This document shows, in pieces, positions 51,390-61,959 of a stretch of DNA of 64,000 bases. The stretch comes from Chrysemys picta bellii (taxonomy: Eukaryota), in the NCBI RefSeq assembly GCF_011386835.1, contig NC_088810.1, forward strand, positions 24,676,001 through 24,740,000. The letters are read 5' to 3'. Position numbers and translations under genes: made by a program. The first letter of the stretch is position 1. Every line of letters begins with the position of its first letter. The notes beneath the pieces are model-generated. The model saw only the letters and a list, made by a program, of their open reading frames with translations, had not been told where the DNA came from and did not search any database.

Positions 51390-51672
51390 ATGCAGGCCAA
51401 TCGGCTGCTAGGACGTTCCATTGCTGGGAGGAACCCTCCACGGGCTGCAATGGTTCAGCCCCTGCCCTGAGAAGAGCAGGAGTCTTCCGGCTCCGATGTA
51501 CGTCACTTTCTCTCGGGTCAAGACTGGCCAATCAGCGCATTCACAGTCTCCCTGTCTACTGACTGGCATCCCGACTATCTAATGAAAGGAGAGAGGGCCG
51601 GCGGAGGCGGGGCTTCACTCGCTGTGGGCTGGGGAGGCGGGTCCGGGACTGGAGGCGCTGGGCTGCCAGCAG
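51390..51672 (+). promoter_or_regulatory. FLAD1: Putative FLAD1 promoter and non-coding exon 1
   Basis: CCAAT at ~51396 and ~51527, CRE-like TACGTCAC at ~51499, GC box at ~51605, CAG|GTGGGG donor at 51672/51673. The matching acceptor ttgcag|G is at 52251/52252. Confidence 0.55.
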
Positions 51673-51674
51673 GT

Positions 51675-52110
51675 GGGGGTGGCCGGACTCCTGGGTTCTC
51701 TCCCTGGCTCTGGGATGGGAGTGGGGGCTGGGGGCCAGGACTCCTGGGTTCTCTCCCTGGCTCTGGGAGGGCAGTGGGGGCTGGTGGTTAGAACGGGGGG
51801 GCTGGGAGCCAGGACTCCTGGGTTCTCTCCCTGGCTCTGGGAGGGGAGTGGGGGCTGGGGGCTGGGAGCCAGGACTCCTGGGTTCTCTCCCTGGCTCGAG
51901 GAGGGGAGTGGGGGCTGGTGGTTAGAGCAGGGGGGCGGGGAGCCAGGACTCCTGGGTTCTCTCCCTGGCTCGAGGAGGGGAGTGGGGGCTGGTGGTTAGA
52001 GCAGGGGGGCTGGGAGCCAGGACTCCTGGGTTCTCTCCTTGGCTTTTGGAGGATAGTAGGGTTTAGTGGTTGGGGGCTGAGAACCAGGACTCCTGGGTTC
52101 TTTTCCCAGC
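51675..52110. repeat. ~68-70 bp tandem array (ggagccaggactcctgggttctctccctggctc...) in FLAD1 intron 1
   Basis: About 6 copies. Dispersed single copies of the same motif occur at ~52860-52995 (inverted), 55320, 58705 and 62620-62750. Confidence 0.85.
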
Positions 52111-52317
52111 TATGCCCCCACTCATTGTCTGACCCTTTGTTTCTGGCTCTCATACCCAGTCTCTCTCCTTTGGGCCATTTCTGTGCTCTCTCGGGTGTTC
52201 ATATTTATGCCACCTTAGCATCCTTGTGAGCACTCTGATGTTTGGTTGCAGGTGCTGTTGTCCTGGAGATGCCTGGGTGTCATCTCTAGAGCTGGGGGGA
52301 CCTGACTGCAGGGGCCC

Positions 52318-55300
52318 ATGCACTGGGCCCTCAGGATCTGTAGGAGCATTGGGCGGGTGGGACGGGAGAGCAGGCCTTTCCAAGCCATGGCTGCGCAGAG
52401 CAGCACCCTCCCTGCGCAGAATGGCCACGATGCCGTCACAGCCGGGATCATCATCATCGGAGATGAGATCCTGAAGGTACGATACTGGCGCTGCACTGTG
52501 CACTCCCCAGCTGCCCTGTCCGCTGCGCCATATCCGTGTTTGGGATCAGGCTCCAGATTGACAGAGACTGGGACAACAATTTCTCAGGCTGGCCGTGAAC
52601 TTTATCTTCCCCCACGCTTGGCCAGATTGCATCACCCGTGCTCACCTTGGTAGCTCCTCACGCTGCGGATCGACGCGGGCCTACTCATCAGGATGGAGGG
52701 GTCCCCATTTAGCCGTAAGCTAGTGGAACTCACCCTAGAGTCCCAGTCGAGTTTTATTGAGGGGCCTAGCTAGGACATCCCCATTGTGGGGAGGTCGAAG
52801 TGCACAGGCTGGTAAATGTTCAATGACAGCACCTTCCCCCTGAGGGTCTGAAAAGTCTCGGGCATTAACCACTAGTCTCCTCTCCCTCCCAGAAACAGGG
52901 ATGGAACCCAGGAGTCCAGGCTCCCAGTCCCCCCGCTCTAACCACTAGTCCCCACTCCTTCCCAGAGACAGGGATGGAACCCAAAAGTCCTGGCTCCCTG
53001 CCCGCCCGCTCCCCTCCCCCCCCAGGCATCTCCTAGTTCTGCAGCATGTGGCCAGTGGTGATGCACCGCGCCTTTGCTGGCTGGGTTATCTCACAATATT
53101 TTTGCCTCCAGGGACTCACCCAGGACACAAACTCCTTCTTCATGTGCCGGAAGCTGCGGTCGCTGGGAGTGAAAGTTGCCAGAATCTCCGTGGTCCCCGA
53201 TGACGTCGATACTATCGCCACGGAGATCTCTTCCTTCGCAGCCAAGTTCACCTATGTGCTGACATCAGGAGGCATTGGCCCCACCCACGATGATGTGACC
53301 TTTGAGGCGGTGGCCAAAGCCTTCGGGGAGCAGGTTTGCCCCCACCCAGAGCTGGTCGCCCTGGTACACAGGTTCTTTGGCAAGACGGACGTGCATTGCC
53401 CCGAGATGAAGCTGGCACACGTCCCTGAGTCCTCGCTGCTCAACTACGGCACGGACAAGAGGACGGGCGATGCCATGAAATACCCCCTTGTCAGCGTGCG
53501 CAATGTCTACGTCTTCCCGGGCATCCCGGTGCTGATGGAGCGGGCACTGGAGGGGCTCGGCCACCTCTTCCGCAACGAGCAGACCCGCTTCCACTCCCGG
53601 GAGATCTACGTCAGCGCCGACGAGGACGCTCCTGGCACCCGTGCTCAACCAGGCCAACGCCCACTTCGGGCGCCACACGCACCTGGGCTCCTACCCTGAC
53701 TGGGTCAACAACTACTACCGCGTGAGGCTGACCCTGGACTCGGAGTCTGAGCAGCACCTGGAGGAAGCCTACAGCTTCCTGATGCAGAACCTGCCCCCTG
53801 CGCTGGTCGTGCCCCTGGTGACAGACCCTGTGGCGCGGGCAGCCACGGACGTGTATGCCCTGGCTGAGTCTGGTATGGCCTGGCTGGAGTAGCTACAGGG
53901 GCGTGTGGCTCTGGGGCTTGGTCCTGCTGCATATAATAGGGGCAACCGAAGCACCAGGCTCCCTCATGGTGCTCCCCACCCACCTGCCTGAGCCCGGACC
54001 TGCAGGGATCAGTTTGAAGGGGGGGTTCAGTCAGACCTGGGCCTCTGTGGAGGCTGCCAGCCCTGGTGGGTTCGGATGTGAGCACCCGTCCGGCTCCAGG
54101 CTGGTCCCTAGCCCGTTGTGCACAGGCCAACAGTCCACCATGGAGTCACAGCTGGTCGTGACTGAGCTGGGCGGCGTGGAGAGGGAGCTGCCTGGCCGTA
54201 TGGTCACAGCATTGGCCTGGGATCTGGGTTCAAATCCCAGCTCTGCCACTGGCTCGGTGTGACATGGGCCACTCACTGCCTCTCCCTTCCCTGGGTCCGT
54301 CGATAAAACCAGCCGCTCCGTTCAGCCTGGGAGCTCTTTGGACAGGGACTGTCTCTCTCTGTGTCCATGCAGCGCCTGGCACCATGGGTGGGGCCTGTAG
54401 GCACAGCTGTAATGTGCTGCTAATGAGGGTGGAGAAGGTCTCTGGAGCCTCCATGTCCTTGGGGATCAGGCAGGCCTCGTCAATGCCAGTCTAGCGAGAG
54501 CAGCCGTGCCCTCCTGGTGTGGGAGCATTGGCAGAACTCTGCTTAGGGTGGCATAGATTGTGCCGGGTCCCCGCACCGGCACGGTTCTGCCAGTATAAAT
54601 GCGTCTGCGAGGGCTCGTACCAGCAGCGCTGCGTTGGTGAAATGTCCCCAGCGCTGACAGAGCGGGGCAGGGTCACCTGCCAGCGCCATGTGGGCCTTCA
54701 GATTGGGCCTCTTCCTCCCGACACGGCTGTGCTGCACAGGCCAGGCCCGAGGCTGATGGGGATGGAGCTGAAGGATGGCTTTGCTAACCTTGTTCAGACC
54801 CCCCACCCCAAAGCCAGGCTTCCGGGGCCCTGTGGAGAGAGGGGGAGCGCTCGCAGCTGCCTGGCCAGGAGTGTAACCAGCAACCTCCCAGATGGGGCAG
54901 CCCCAGGCTTTGAGAGGCTGGGACCTACCCTGCTGGCTGCTGCACCTGCCACATCCCTGGGGGGGTGGGAGGCTCCGACCTGCACCAAGCCCAGTCCCCC
55001 CTCGAGATCCCACCACCCGGGTCCTCGCCGACTCCTCTCCTCTGCGGCAGGTTCCGCCCTGGGCCAGAAGGTGGCAGCAGCGCTCCGGACCATCGACGAG
55101 GCCTTGGATCGGTTCAGCCTGGCCCAGATCTGCGTGGGTTTCAACGGGGGCAAGGACTGCACGGCCCTGCTGCACCTGTTCCATGCCGCCGTGCAGAGGT
55201 ACCCGCTGCTTCCCCCACCTTGCTCAGGCAGGGCCCGGCCTGCGTCAGAGCCCCCAGCGGGCGGGCTGGCCTGGGCATGGTGCTCAAAGGACGTGGGGTC

Positions 55301-58300
55301 TAGGGAGTTAGAGCAGTGGGGTGGGAGTCAGGACTCCTGGATTCTATTCCAAGCTCTAGGAGGTGAGTGGGGGCTACTGGGGAGCGTCATAGAAATGTGG
55401 GGCAGGAAGGGACCCCACAAAGTCATCAAGTCCAGCCCCCTGCGCTGAGACAGGGCCAAGTCACGCTAGATCGTCTCCGACCGGGGTTTGTCCAACTTTC
55501 TGAAACTTCTGCCATGGTGGAGAGTCCGCTGCCTCCCGCTCCAGAGTGTAACTTGTCTTCGAGTCAGAAAGATTTTCCTGAATCTGCCCTGCTGCAGATT
55601 CCGACCATCGCTGCTTCTCCTGCCTCGGGTGGAGGTGGTGTACAATTGACTCCCATCTCTATAGCAGCCTCCACAGAGCTGCAGACTGTTCTCAGGTCCC
55701 CCCTCAGTCGTCTTTTCTCAAGACTGAACATGCCCCGTTTTTGAGCCTTTCCTCCCAGGTCCGGTTTTCTAAACCTTCGATCAGTTTTGTGGCTCTCCTC
55801 TGCGCCCTCCAGTTTCTCCCCATCTTCCTTAAAGGCCTGGCCTCCCTCAGCCCCACACATCCCAGTCTTCCTGCATCCAGGTGGGCTCTGCCTGCTCCCC
55901 CTCTCCAGACCCAAGCCCCCCTGCTTCCCAGCTGGGCATCTGATACCCCCGGCCCCAAGCCCCCTCTGTCCATTGTCTTCTCTCCAGGTAAACAGGGTCA
56001 TAAACAGTGTCGCCTGGGCCTCCTCTCCCCTCTTCTGTCCTCTGGCCCATCTGGCTGGAACCGGCTGGTCAGGTCACCGGGGTCCTCTCCCCGCAGCCCA
56101 TTGTCCTCCCACTGGCCAGAACCGGCTGCGACTCCTGAGCTGGGTCTCCAGGTCGTCACCGGGGTCTCCATCCTCCAGGCCATCGGCTGGGGTCCCAAGT
56201 TCCCTCTCCGGTCCTGTGTCCCAATGAACTCTCTCTCCCCTCACCTCGGTAAACCAGCAACACCCAGGGGCACTGAGTCCCGCCCCTCTGCATGCAAACC
56301 ATTGGAAAAAACAAGAAAATCCCCCACTCCGTCACATAGTGCAGTACCCAGAACTGGACACAGGACAGCTGGAGCCTCAGCAGTGCCGAGCAGAGCGTGA
56401 CACTTCCACACAACTCTCCCAGGAATGTGCCCTCGTAGTGCACTTTTTTTGCGGCCGCATCGTTTTGTTGCCTCCTATTGAGTTTGTGGTCCGCTGTAAG
56501 CCCCAGACCCTATCCAGCAGTGCGACCCCCCCCTCCCCCCGGCTAGTGCCCCTTTGTAACTGTGCATTTGGTTTTCCCTTCCTGACTCTCGTGCTTTGCA
56601 CTCGTCTTTTCTGAATTTCATTGTGTTGATTTCAGATTCATTCTCCAATGTTGTCAAGCTCATTGTGAATTCTCATCCCGTCCTCCCACATGCTTGCAAC
56701 CCCTCCCAGCTTGGTGTCCTCCACATCTTTTATAAGCATGCGCTCCGCTCCATTATCCCAGCCAGCAATGAACACACTGAGCGGTACCAGAGCCAGGCCC
56801 GACCCCTGCAGGATCCCACTAGATCCGCCCTCCTACTCTGACAGTGAGTCACTGCTCACTACTGTCTGAAGACGGCCTTTGAGCCTGTTGTACACCACCT
56901 TATAGTCCTTTCGTCTAGACCCTGCTTGTGAGAGTGTCATGTGGGTCTGTGTCAAAAGCCTCACTAAACTCAAGATCTCTCACATGACCTGCTTCCCCCA
57001 TCCCTATCAGAGCGGGAAACTGGGCTGGCTTGGCATGACCTGTTCGTGACAGATCCATGCTGGCTGTTCCTTATCGCCCTGGTCTCCTCTGGGTGCTCTC
57101 AAGTTGATAGTTTAATAGCACGTTCCAGGGTCTGAAGTTGGTCTGACTGGTGTATAATTCCCCGGACTCCTGGGTTCTGTCCCAGCTCTGTCACTGACTC
57201 GCTGCGTGGCCCTGTGTAGGCCAGGCCAGGCGGCTGGGGACGGTGAGTCATGGTGATGGATGTCTCTCTCTCCAGGCGATTCCCACAGCGGGAGGAGAAG
57301 TTGCAGGTGCTCTACATTCGCATCGTGTCCCCCTTCCCCGAGATGGAGCAGTTCATTCAGGCCACCACCCAGAGGTAAGATGGGGCTGTATTTCCAGGTA
57401 GCTCCCCACCTCCCTGCAATGGAACCGCCCAGGCAGGCTGGGCTTCAGAGGCCCCTGGCACTTGCAGGCTGGTGAGCCTAACTTCAGTACCAGGCAAGTT
57501 GGTTGAAACAACAGTAGAGAGCAGAATGATCAGACCCAGAGCTGAATGGGACAGGTTGGGGAAGAGTCAACACGGCTTTTGTGAAGGGGAATCACGCCTC
57601 AGCACTATTCGAATTCTTTGAGGGGTCAACAACCGTATGGACAAGGGTGATCTAGTTGATATAATGAACTTGGACTTTCAGAAAGCCTTTGACGAGGTCC
57701 TCGCCAAAGGCTCTTAAGCAAAACACACAGTCATGAGATAAAAAAGGTCTGATCAGTAACTGGTTAAAAGATAGGAAATAAAGGTTAAGAATAAATGGTC
57801 AGTTTTCACAGTGGACAGAGGTAAATAGCAGGGTCCTCCAAGGATCTGTACTGGGACCAGAGTTGGTCAACATACTCATAAATGATCTGGAAAAAGGGGG
57901 TAAACGGTGAGGTAGCCAAGTTTGCAGACGATACTAAATTACTGGAGATCGTTAAGTCAAACAAGTTACAAAGGGATCTCACACCTGGGTGACATAGTAA
58001 CAAAATGGCAGATGAAATTCCATGTTGACAAATGCAAAGTGATGCACATTGGAAAACATCATCCCAACTCTGCATACGCAATGATGGGGTGTAAACTCAA
58101 GAGAGATCTTGGAGTCATTGTGGGTAGTGCTCTGAAAACACCCACTCAGTGTGCAGTGTTGGGAATCCCCCGTGCCCTGGGTGTCCCTAAACCTCTGAGT
58201 GCCAAGAGCTGGGACTGGAGACGGGCTGGATCACTGGCTACTTGCCCTGTTCTGTTCATTCCCAGCGAAGCATCAGGCACGGGCCACTGTCGAGAGACAG

Positions 58301-60117
58301 AACACTGGGCTAGAGGGCCCATTGCTCAGACCCAGTCTGGCCGTTCATACATTCTTATGAACCAACCAGTTCATTGGGGTGGGGGCCTTGACATCCCCAT
58401 GGGGCTTCCCCACCCTTCAATGTTGTGTCCCCTGCGGCTCTTTCTGCGTGCCAGGTACGACCTCCACCTCTGCGCAGTGCAGGGCCGCATCCAGCAGGCA
58501 CTGGCAGACCTGAAGGCCCAGCACCCCCAGCTGCAGGCCGTGCTGATGGGGACGAGGAGGACTGACCCCTACTCCCGCACTCTGACGCCCATGTGTATGA
58601 CCGACCCCGGCTGGCCCGAGTACATGCGGGTGAACCCCCTGCTGGTGCGTCATGGCGCTAGGGCTGCGACTAATGGGGCAGAGAAGTGTGGTTTGAATAC
58701 AGGGCAGGGAGCCAGGACTCCTGGGTTCTATCCAGCTCTGGGAGGGCAGTTAGCTCTAGTGGGTTATAGCAGGGGGCTGGGAATCTGGTCTAAGGGATGA
58801 GACCTTAGTCCCGCCTCTCCTGTCCGGCACTTCCTCCTACCCCACCTCTCCCCTCCCCATGGCATCCCTCCCGCCTCCCCTGGGCAGCACTGCCTCCACC
58901 CCCCCTCAGACTCTAACCCCTGTGGGTTGTCTCAGGCCCTTCCCAGCAGCGATCCAGTCCCAAGCTAGTTCTCCGGACAGATCTTTCAGACAAGCCCCAA
59001 AAAACCTGGGCTAGGAGTTAAAGCTACTGTGTGCCTGTGTCCGCGCCCCGTGGTTCCCTGTCCTGCCTTGTGCCCACATCCGCATCCTGTGGCTCCCTGT
59101 CCTGCTGTGTGCCTGGGTCCGGGCTCTGTGGCTCCCTGTCCTGCCTTGTGCCCACGTCCGCATCCCGTGGCTCCCTGTCCTGCTGTGTGCCTGGGTCCGG
59201 GCTCTGTGGCTCCCTGTCCCGCCAGGTGTCCGGGTCCAGGCCCTGTGGCTCCCTGCCCTCCTGTGTGCCAAGTCTGGGCCCCGTGGCTCCCCACCCACCC
59301 CAGCTGGCCATGCTGAGGGGATGGTCGGTGTGCCGAGAGGGAAGGCCTTGGGGGGACAGTGACAGTCCCAGTGCCTTTGAGGAAGGGATGCCAGTGGCTT
59401 GGAGCAAGGACTGGCTGAGCCCCACACAGCCCTCCCCCCCCCCCGTGCCCATTGGGCTCACAGCCAGCTGGCCTCAAACGAGGGGAGGGGGAGCCAAGCG
59501 CCAAGGGCTCCGCACGGCTGCTGCAGTGACCTCTGTTCTGCCTCCAGGACTGGACGTACCGGGACATCTGGCAGTTCCTGCGCAGGCTCTTCGTCCCGTA
59601 CTGCATCCTGTATGACAAGGGGTAAGAGCCCGGCTCGGGGGGCGCTATGCCTCCCCTCCCCCAACCCTGTCACTGCTCCCCGAGCCCTCGTCCAGAAGGA
59701 CCGGCTGGGCTGGGCTCCATGGCCCGGGGGGTGGGCAGCTAGGGGTCCGTGTCAGTCGGGTGTTGCCCAGGATCTGGAGGGGCGGAGTGAGGGCTGGGCA
59801 GTGTGGGAGGGGAGCTGAGGAGGGGGCAGCGCGGTGCATGAGGTCAGATGCCTGGCCAGACTCGCCCCCATCCAGGATTGTGCAGGGGCTTTCTAGCACA
59901 GAAGGAGGCGCTGGGCAACGCCTGGCGTCTAGGACCCCTTGTGCCCCCGCCCTGCTCACAGCCCCCCTCCCCCTGTTGCAGCTACACCTCCTTGGGGAGC
60001 ATGAGCAATACGCAGAAGAACCCGGCGCTGCGCTCCACCAACACGCTGGGCCAGGAGAGCTACCGGCCGGCCTACCTGCTGGAGAACGAAGACGAGGAGC
60101 GCACCTCGCGCCAGTGA
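52318..60117 (+). CDS. FLAD1: FAD synthase (molybdopterin-binding-like domain + PAPS-reductase-like FADS domain); one +1 frameshift in this assembly
   Basis: Exons: 52318 (or 52387)-52476, 53112-53872, 55051-55198, 57276-57374, 58455-58644, 59548-59621, 59982-60117. Motifs [57 protein letters not shown]. Extra G at 53624-53625. After correction, 498 aa from the second ATG or 521 aa from the first. Confidence 0.96.
54190..54310 (+). mobile_element. MIR-like SINE fragment
   Basis: gcattggcctgggatctgggttcaaatcccagctctgccactggctcggtgtgacatgggcc. Confidence 0.5.
55387..57170 (-). mobile_element. Antisense CR1 LINE (3' end plus ORF2 part), interrupted by an LTR fragment
   Basis: tcatagaa...gggaccccacaaagtcatcaagtccagccccctgc is the reverse of a CR1 3' end. 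cccagaactggacaca and gaatttcattgtgttg are reverse ORF2 motifs (the track shows [12 protein letters not shown] on the minus strand). Confidence 0.8.
55834..56336 (-). mobile_element. 5' half of a solo LTR (same family as 35873-36681) inserted in CR1
   Basis: Reverse complement starts TGTGACGGAGTGGGGGATTTTC and aligns by eye to ~35875-36372. Confidence 0.75.
57490..58370 (+). mobile_element. Degenerate CR1 reverse-transcriptase fragment with 3' end
   Basis: agtcaacacggcttttgtgaagg (SQHGFVK), ttggactttcagaaagcctttgac (LDFQKAFD), aagtttgcagacgatactaaatt (KFADDTKL), [16 protein letters not shown], and terminal attcttatg near 58360. Several frameshifts. Confidence 0.88.
59030..59290. repeat. 39-bp subunit / 78-bp dimer tandem repeat
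   Basis: gcctgggtccgggctctgtggctccctgtcc recurs at 59111 and 59189; gtggctccctgtcc recurs every ~39 bp. Confidence 0.85.
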
Positions 60118-60311
60118 GGCCCTGCCAGGCGGGCCCTGGCCACAAGAACCCCCCGCTCGGCGGTGAACTGGGCTGAGCGCGGGCTGCTCCCCTGGGACAC
60201 CCACCCGCGGCCTGGGGCCCTGCCTCCCAGACACCTGGAGCAGCCGTGTGCCCCCCGCCCACTGGGCACTGCTGACTGGGGCATGCGGAGGGAGGGCCTG
60301 GGGGCCCTATG

Positions 60312-60317
60312 AATAAA
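60312..60317 (+). terminator. FLAD1 polyadenylation signal AATAAA
   Basis: Canonical hexamer ~195 nt after the stop. Confidence 0.75.
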
Positions 60318-60880
60318 CCCACTGTACTCAGCCTCCTGCCTGTGTCTCCTGCCAGCACCGGCTCCCGGTGGGCTCAGAGCGGGGCCCCCACGGTGTGGGT
60401 CGGTGGGTACATGGCAGTCCGGCCTGAGGAGGGCGGAGGACTCTGGGAGATGGGATGTGCAGGGAATGTGACCCCTCCCTGGGCCCATTGGCAGGGTGCC
60501 CCCGGCCAGTGCTGCCTGGTCTCTGGCAGCCTCCGCTCCTGGCACCACATCTCCTCATCCGCACTCTCCCTGGGTGAGCGCCAGGGCCAGGCTCCCACTG
60601 GTGCCACCTGGCTGGGGCCCCATGCCCTGTCCGAGGGGGGGGTGGTCCTAGGGAGGCTGCGCCCCTTTTCCAGCAGGTTCAGTCTGGTTGGAGGCCAGGC
60701 CAGGCCCCCCGAGGGCAGGAGCGAGCAGACCAGGCCTGGCGCAGGCAGCAGCCCCTCCCCCACCCTGCCCGGGGCCCTATTCATGCAGCCCTTTGAGCTG
60801 CAAAGAATCCAGCTGCTTCCAGCTTCTGTCACGCGGCTCTCCCCTGCCCGCGGCAGGGCCCAGACCCGGCTCATCCCCAC

Positions 60881-61114
60881 ATGATGCATCTCCTGGGCAG
60901 ACGCCTGGCCTGGCAGCCCCGGTCCCTGACCCGCTACCCCCTGGCGCAGCTGGCCCCGTACCCCCTGCGACGGGCGGTTCGGGGCATGGTGCTGCCGGGG
61001 CCCCTCCCCAAGGGTCCTGTGGGGCTGAATCGCAGCTTCTGGCTGTTGGACGTCCTGCGGGAGTGCGCCTACCTCCTGCTATGCTGCTGGTGCATCAAGG
61101 AACTGCTGGACTAG
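60881..61114 (+). CDS. LENEP: Lens epithelial cell protein LEP503, 77 aa, single coding exon
   Basis: C-terminus LRECAYLLLCCWCIKELLD* matches human LKEVAYILLCCWCIKELLD*, and the gene sits directly after FLAD1 as in human. The start codon (60881 or 60884) is uncertain. Confidence 0.92.
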   Translation: MMHLLGRRLAWQPRSLTRYPLAQLAPYPLRRAVRGMVLPGPLPKGPVGLNRSFWLLDVLRECAYLLLCCWCIKELLD

Positions 61115-61953
61115 CCCCCCGCCCCCTCGTGTGCCGTGCTGCCGGGTGCTTGTCCTCCCAGCTCCTCCGCAGGGCTGGACCCACTGGCTGCACTCTGGGA
61201 TCGCCTGACCCCTTGCTGCTTGGGGGGCCTGGAGCGGATGGAGCTCCCACCAGAGGGACCCTTTGGGACGCCCTGAGCCTGTAGGAGGTGGGTATGAACG
61301 TCCCCCGGCCTTGGCACTGCCCCCTGCCTAGCCAGCCCAGCGCTGGTCAGAGTGGGGCCAGGACCAGCGGGTGCCACCAGCCAGGCCGGGGAGTCTCTAC
61401 CCCCAGCAGGCAAATCCACAAGTGTCTCCCCCAGCACCCTTGTCTGCGGCTAGCGACGGCCAACGGGTGAATGGGTCGGGCTGGCACGGCCACCCCAGGG
61501 CCGCGCAGTTCAGAGCCATCGCGTGGGGCTCCAAGGGCATCTTCCTTCCTTCCCAAATACCAGCATGCGGCAACCTAGCTCCCCCTCTGCCAGCAGGGCC
61601 TGGCACCTGACCTGGCCTGAGCGCCTCTTTCCCACGATGCCACAGGGGGTTGAGTGGGCAGCCAGGAGAAGCGGGCTCGGCTCAGCCCCTGGGCTGTGGG
61701 GCCCAGTGAGGGAGGTGGCACCTGGACTCCAGGCTGGGGGATGGGCTGTGTCCTCTGCTCAGGCACTGGGAGGTGCTGTCTCACGGGGTGGGGACGGGCT
61801 CTTTCCCCCCAGGTCTGTGGGCTGCAGGCTGCGTCCGAGCCACGGCTACTGGCTTTGTTTTCTCCCCTCTAGCTGGAATCCCGGCTCGCCAGCCCCGACA
61901 GGACGGGAATGGGACTTGACGGTGGATGCCTGGCCCCCGGCCCTGCGCTCCCC

Positions 61954-61959
61954 AATAAA
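61954..61959 (+). terminator. Candidate LENEP polyadenylation signal AATAAA
   Basis: First canonical hexamer seen downstream of the LENEP stop (~840 nt). Confidence 0.55.

Noticed and set aside
51582-51791. MKGERAGG... ORF as a long FLAD1 N-terminus
   Set aside because: Spliced at 51672 to 52252 it is out of frame with FLAD1 and stops at TAG 52287-52289. At most it is a uORF, if transcribed.
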